A stretch of 64,000 bases of DNA, from contig NW_024704742.1 in assembly GCF_018977255.1 (NCBI RefSeq), forward strand, positions 127,660,001 through 127,724,000. Direction: 5' to 3'. Source of the stretch: Callorhinchus milii. Lineage: Eukaryota. Positions 62,565 to 64,000 of the stretch are shown piece by piece. Each line of letters begins with the position of its first letter. Position 1 is the first letter of the stretch. The position numbers were made by a program, and so were the translations under genes. The notes under the pieces are model-generated. The model saw nothing but the letters and a program-made list of their open reading frames with translations. It was not told the DNA's origin and made no database searches.

Positions 62565-62900
62565 ACATCAACAACAAATTACATTTGTATAGGGCCTTTC
62601 ACATCAGGCAGATGTCCCAAGTCACTTGACAGTCAGGAATCCGCACCGAAGCTCATGGATCAGATCATTCAAGAGAGGTGGAGGACTGGAAGGGTAGGGG
62701 TAGGAGTATGGTTGAAGGCACAGTCGAAGAGGAGGGTCTTGAAGAAGGCAAGGGACGGGGCAAGGCAGAGGGGCTGTGGGATGGCATTCCAGAGGGCGGA
62801 GGCAGAGAGGCTGAAGGCCTGCCCATCAATGGTGGGGCAGGCAAGGCGGCGAACATGAAACAGGCCAGAACCCACTGAGCGGACAGGTTGGTAACCAAGA
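62565..62900 (-). mobile_element. L2 LINE 3' end
   Basis: TIDGQAFSLSASALWNAIP..FKTLLFD; (CAA)n tail. Confidence 0.8.
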
Positions 62901-63454
62901 CCACTGTTGAAAAAGCATACTACTTCCTTTAGCTCCTTGGTACATTGCTTACATTTGACCTGGTTTACTTGCAGAGCATCTCTGCTCTATTTTGCCCACA
63001 TAGTGGCAGGTAACAATGCTAAACCATTCACTGGAGAGCATCTTTTTTTTTACTTGAATTAAGTTATTAGGGTATCACCTGCAGGTCAATCACTCATTTT
63101 GTAGACCTATCAGATAATATATTATGAATCGTTCCCTAGACCACTGCTAAAACCTTTACTTCCTCTTATTCATTTGCCACGATGATGAATTTCCCATGTG
63201 TTACCGATAACCCAAGAGGTCTGCCTCTATGTTTATGGTAACTAAGGACAACTGTCAGCAAGTGACAGCGAACTCTTAGTGAACATGGTTTCACATGAAA
63301 GAGGACTTTAAAAAAAACAGAGAAAAATGTGACTTTACATAACAGAGTTCAATCTATCATGAAATGCCCCATATATGTGATTTATATATATTGTGGTGAA
63401 CACATTTTGAAAAAGATGAAGGATTTCTTATGAACTTTACATTTGGTACAGTGC

Positions 63455-63835
63455 CTTTCACATGAGAAGGACAAATCATTTCCCAGGATATACTGTAATG
63501 TGCATTGAGTGTGTCATTTGTTGGTGAATGCGGCAGCCAAATTGCACATAGCAATGTCCCACAAACTGCCGTGGAGTGAATGACTAATTTTATTTGGGGG
63601 ATTGTTGGCTAAAATACCGGAGAAACTCCCTTCTCATTTTGAATAATACCATGGTATCTTTAAGGTCCATCTAAACAGGCAGATGGGACCTCCGTGTAAT
63701 GTCCCATCCAAAGGACTACGACTCCAACAATGCAGAACAACCCAAGCACTGCATTGGAGTGTTAGACTAATGTCAGGCTTGAACCCACAACATTCTGACT
63801 CAGAGGTAAGAGTGCTACCAATTGAGCCAGGCTGA
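63455..63835 (-). mobile_element. DeuSINE
   Basis: ccatggtatctttaaggtccatctaaacaggcagatgggacctc core; head ttgaacccacaacattctgactcagagg. Confidence 0.8.
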
Positions 63836-64000
63836 AACTCAACACTTTTTGGGGGCAGATTTATGCTACCAGGTTCACTCTGACCCTTTCTCCAGGTTTA
63901 GATGGGCTAAAGGTGGCATTTGTCTAAAAGAATAGGCCAGACACTTTAGTGTAACGATTCTCTGAAGCAGTTCAGCAGATTATATATTCCCCAAATCACA

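Overview
This window is non-prokaryotic, AT-rich, CpG-depleted vertebrate genomic DNA. The repeat content points to a cartilaginous fish, most likely a chimaera such as the elephant shark (inference): DeuSINEs, a very abundant tRNA-Ala-headed SINE with (TTA)n tails, L2 LINEs with (TTG)n tails, and shark-type CR1 LINEs. I could not confidently identify any host protein-coding exon. Every ORF in the supplied track with recognisable homology is a fragment of L2 or CR1 ORF2, or comes from a SINE. The window looks like a large intron or gene desert, with several repeat-free, homeobox/Meis/Pbx/TCF-motif-rich blocks that are candidate conserved enhancers. The most notable structures are: (1) a ~470-bp fold-back palindrome at 56633-58103 whose right arm was split by later SINE/CR1 insertions; (2) a hAT-type MITE at 22925-23196 with a CTCF-like motif in each arm; (3) an unclassified poly(A)-tailed retroposon family (6 copies), one with a twin-priming-like 5' inversion; (4) a modular SINE whose 3' tail matches a co-resident L2; (5) several short templated duplications. 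All boundaries were read by eye and are approximate.
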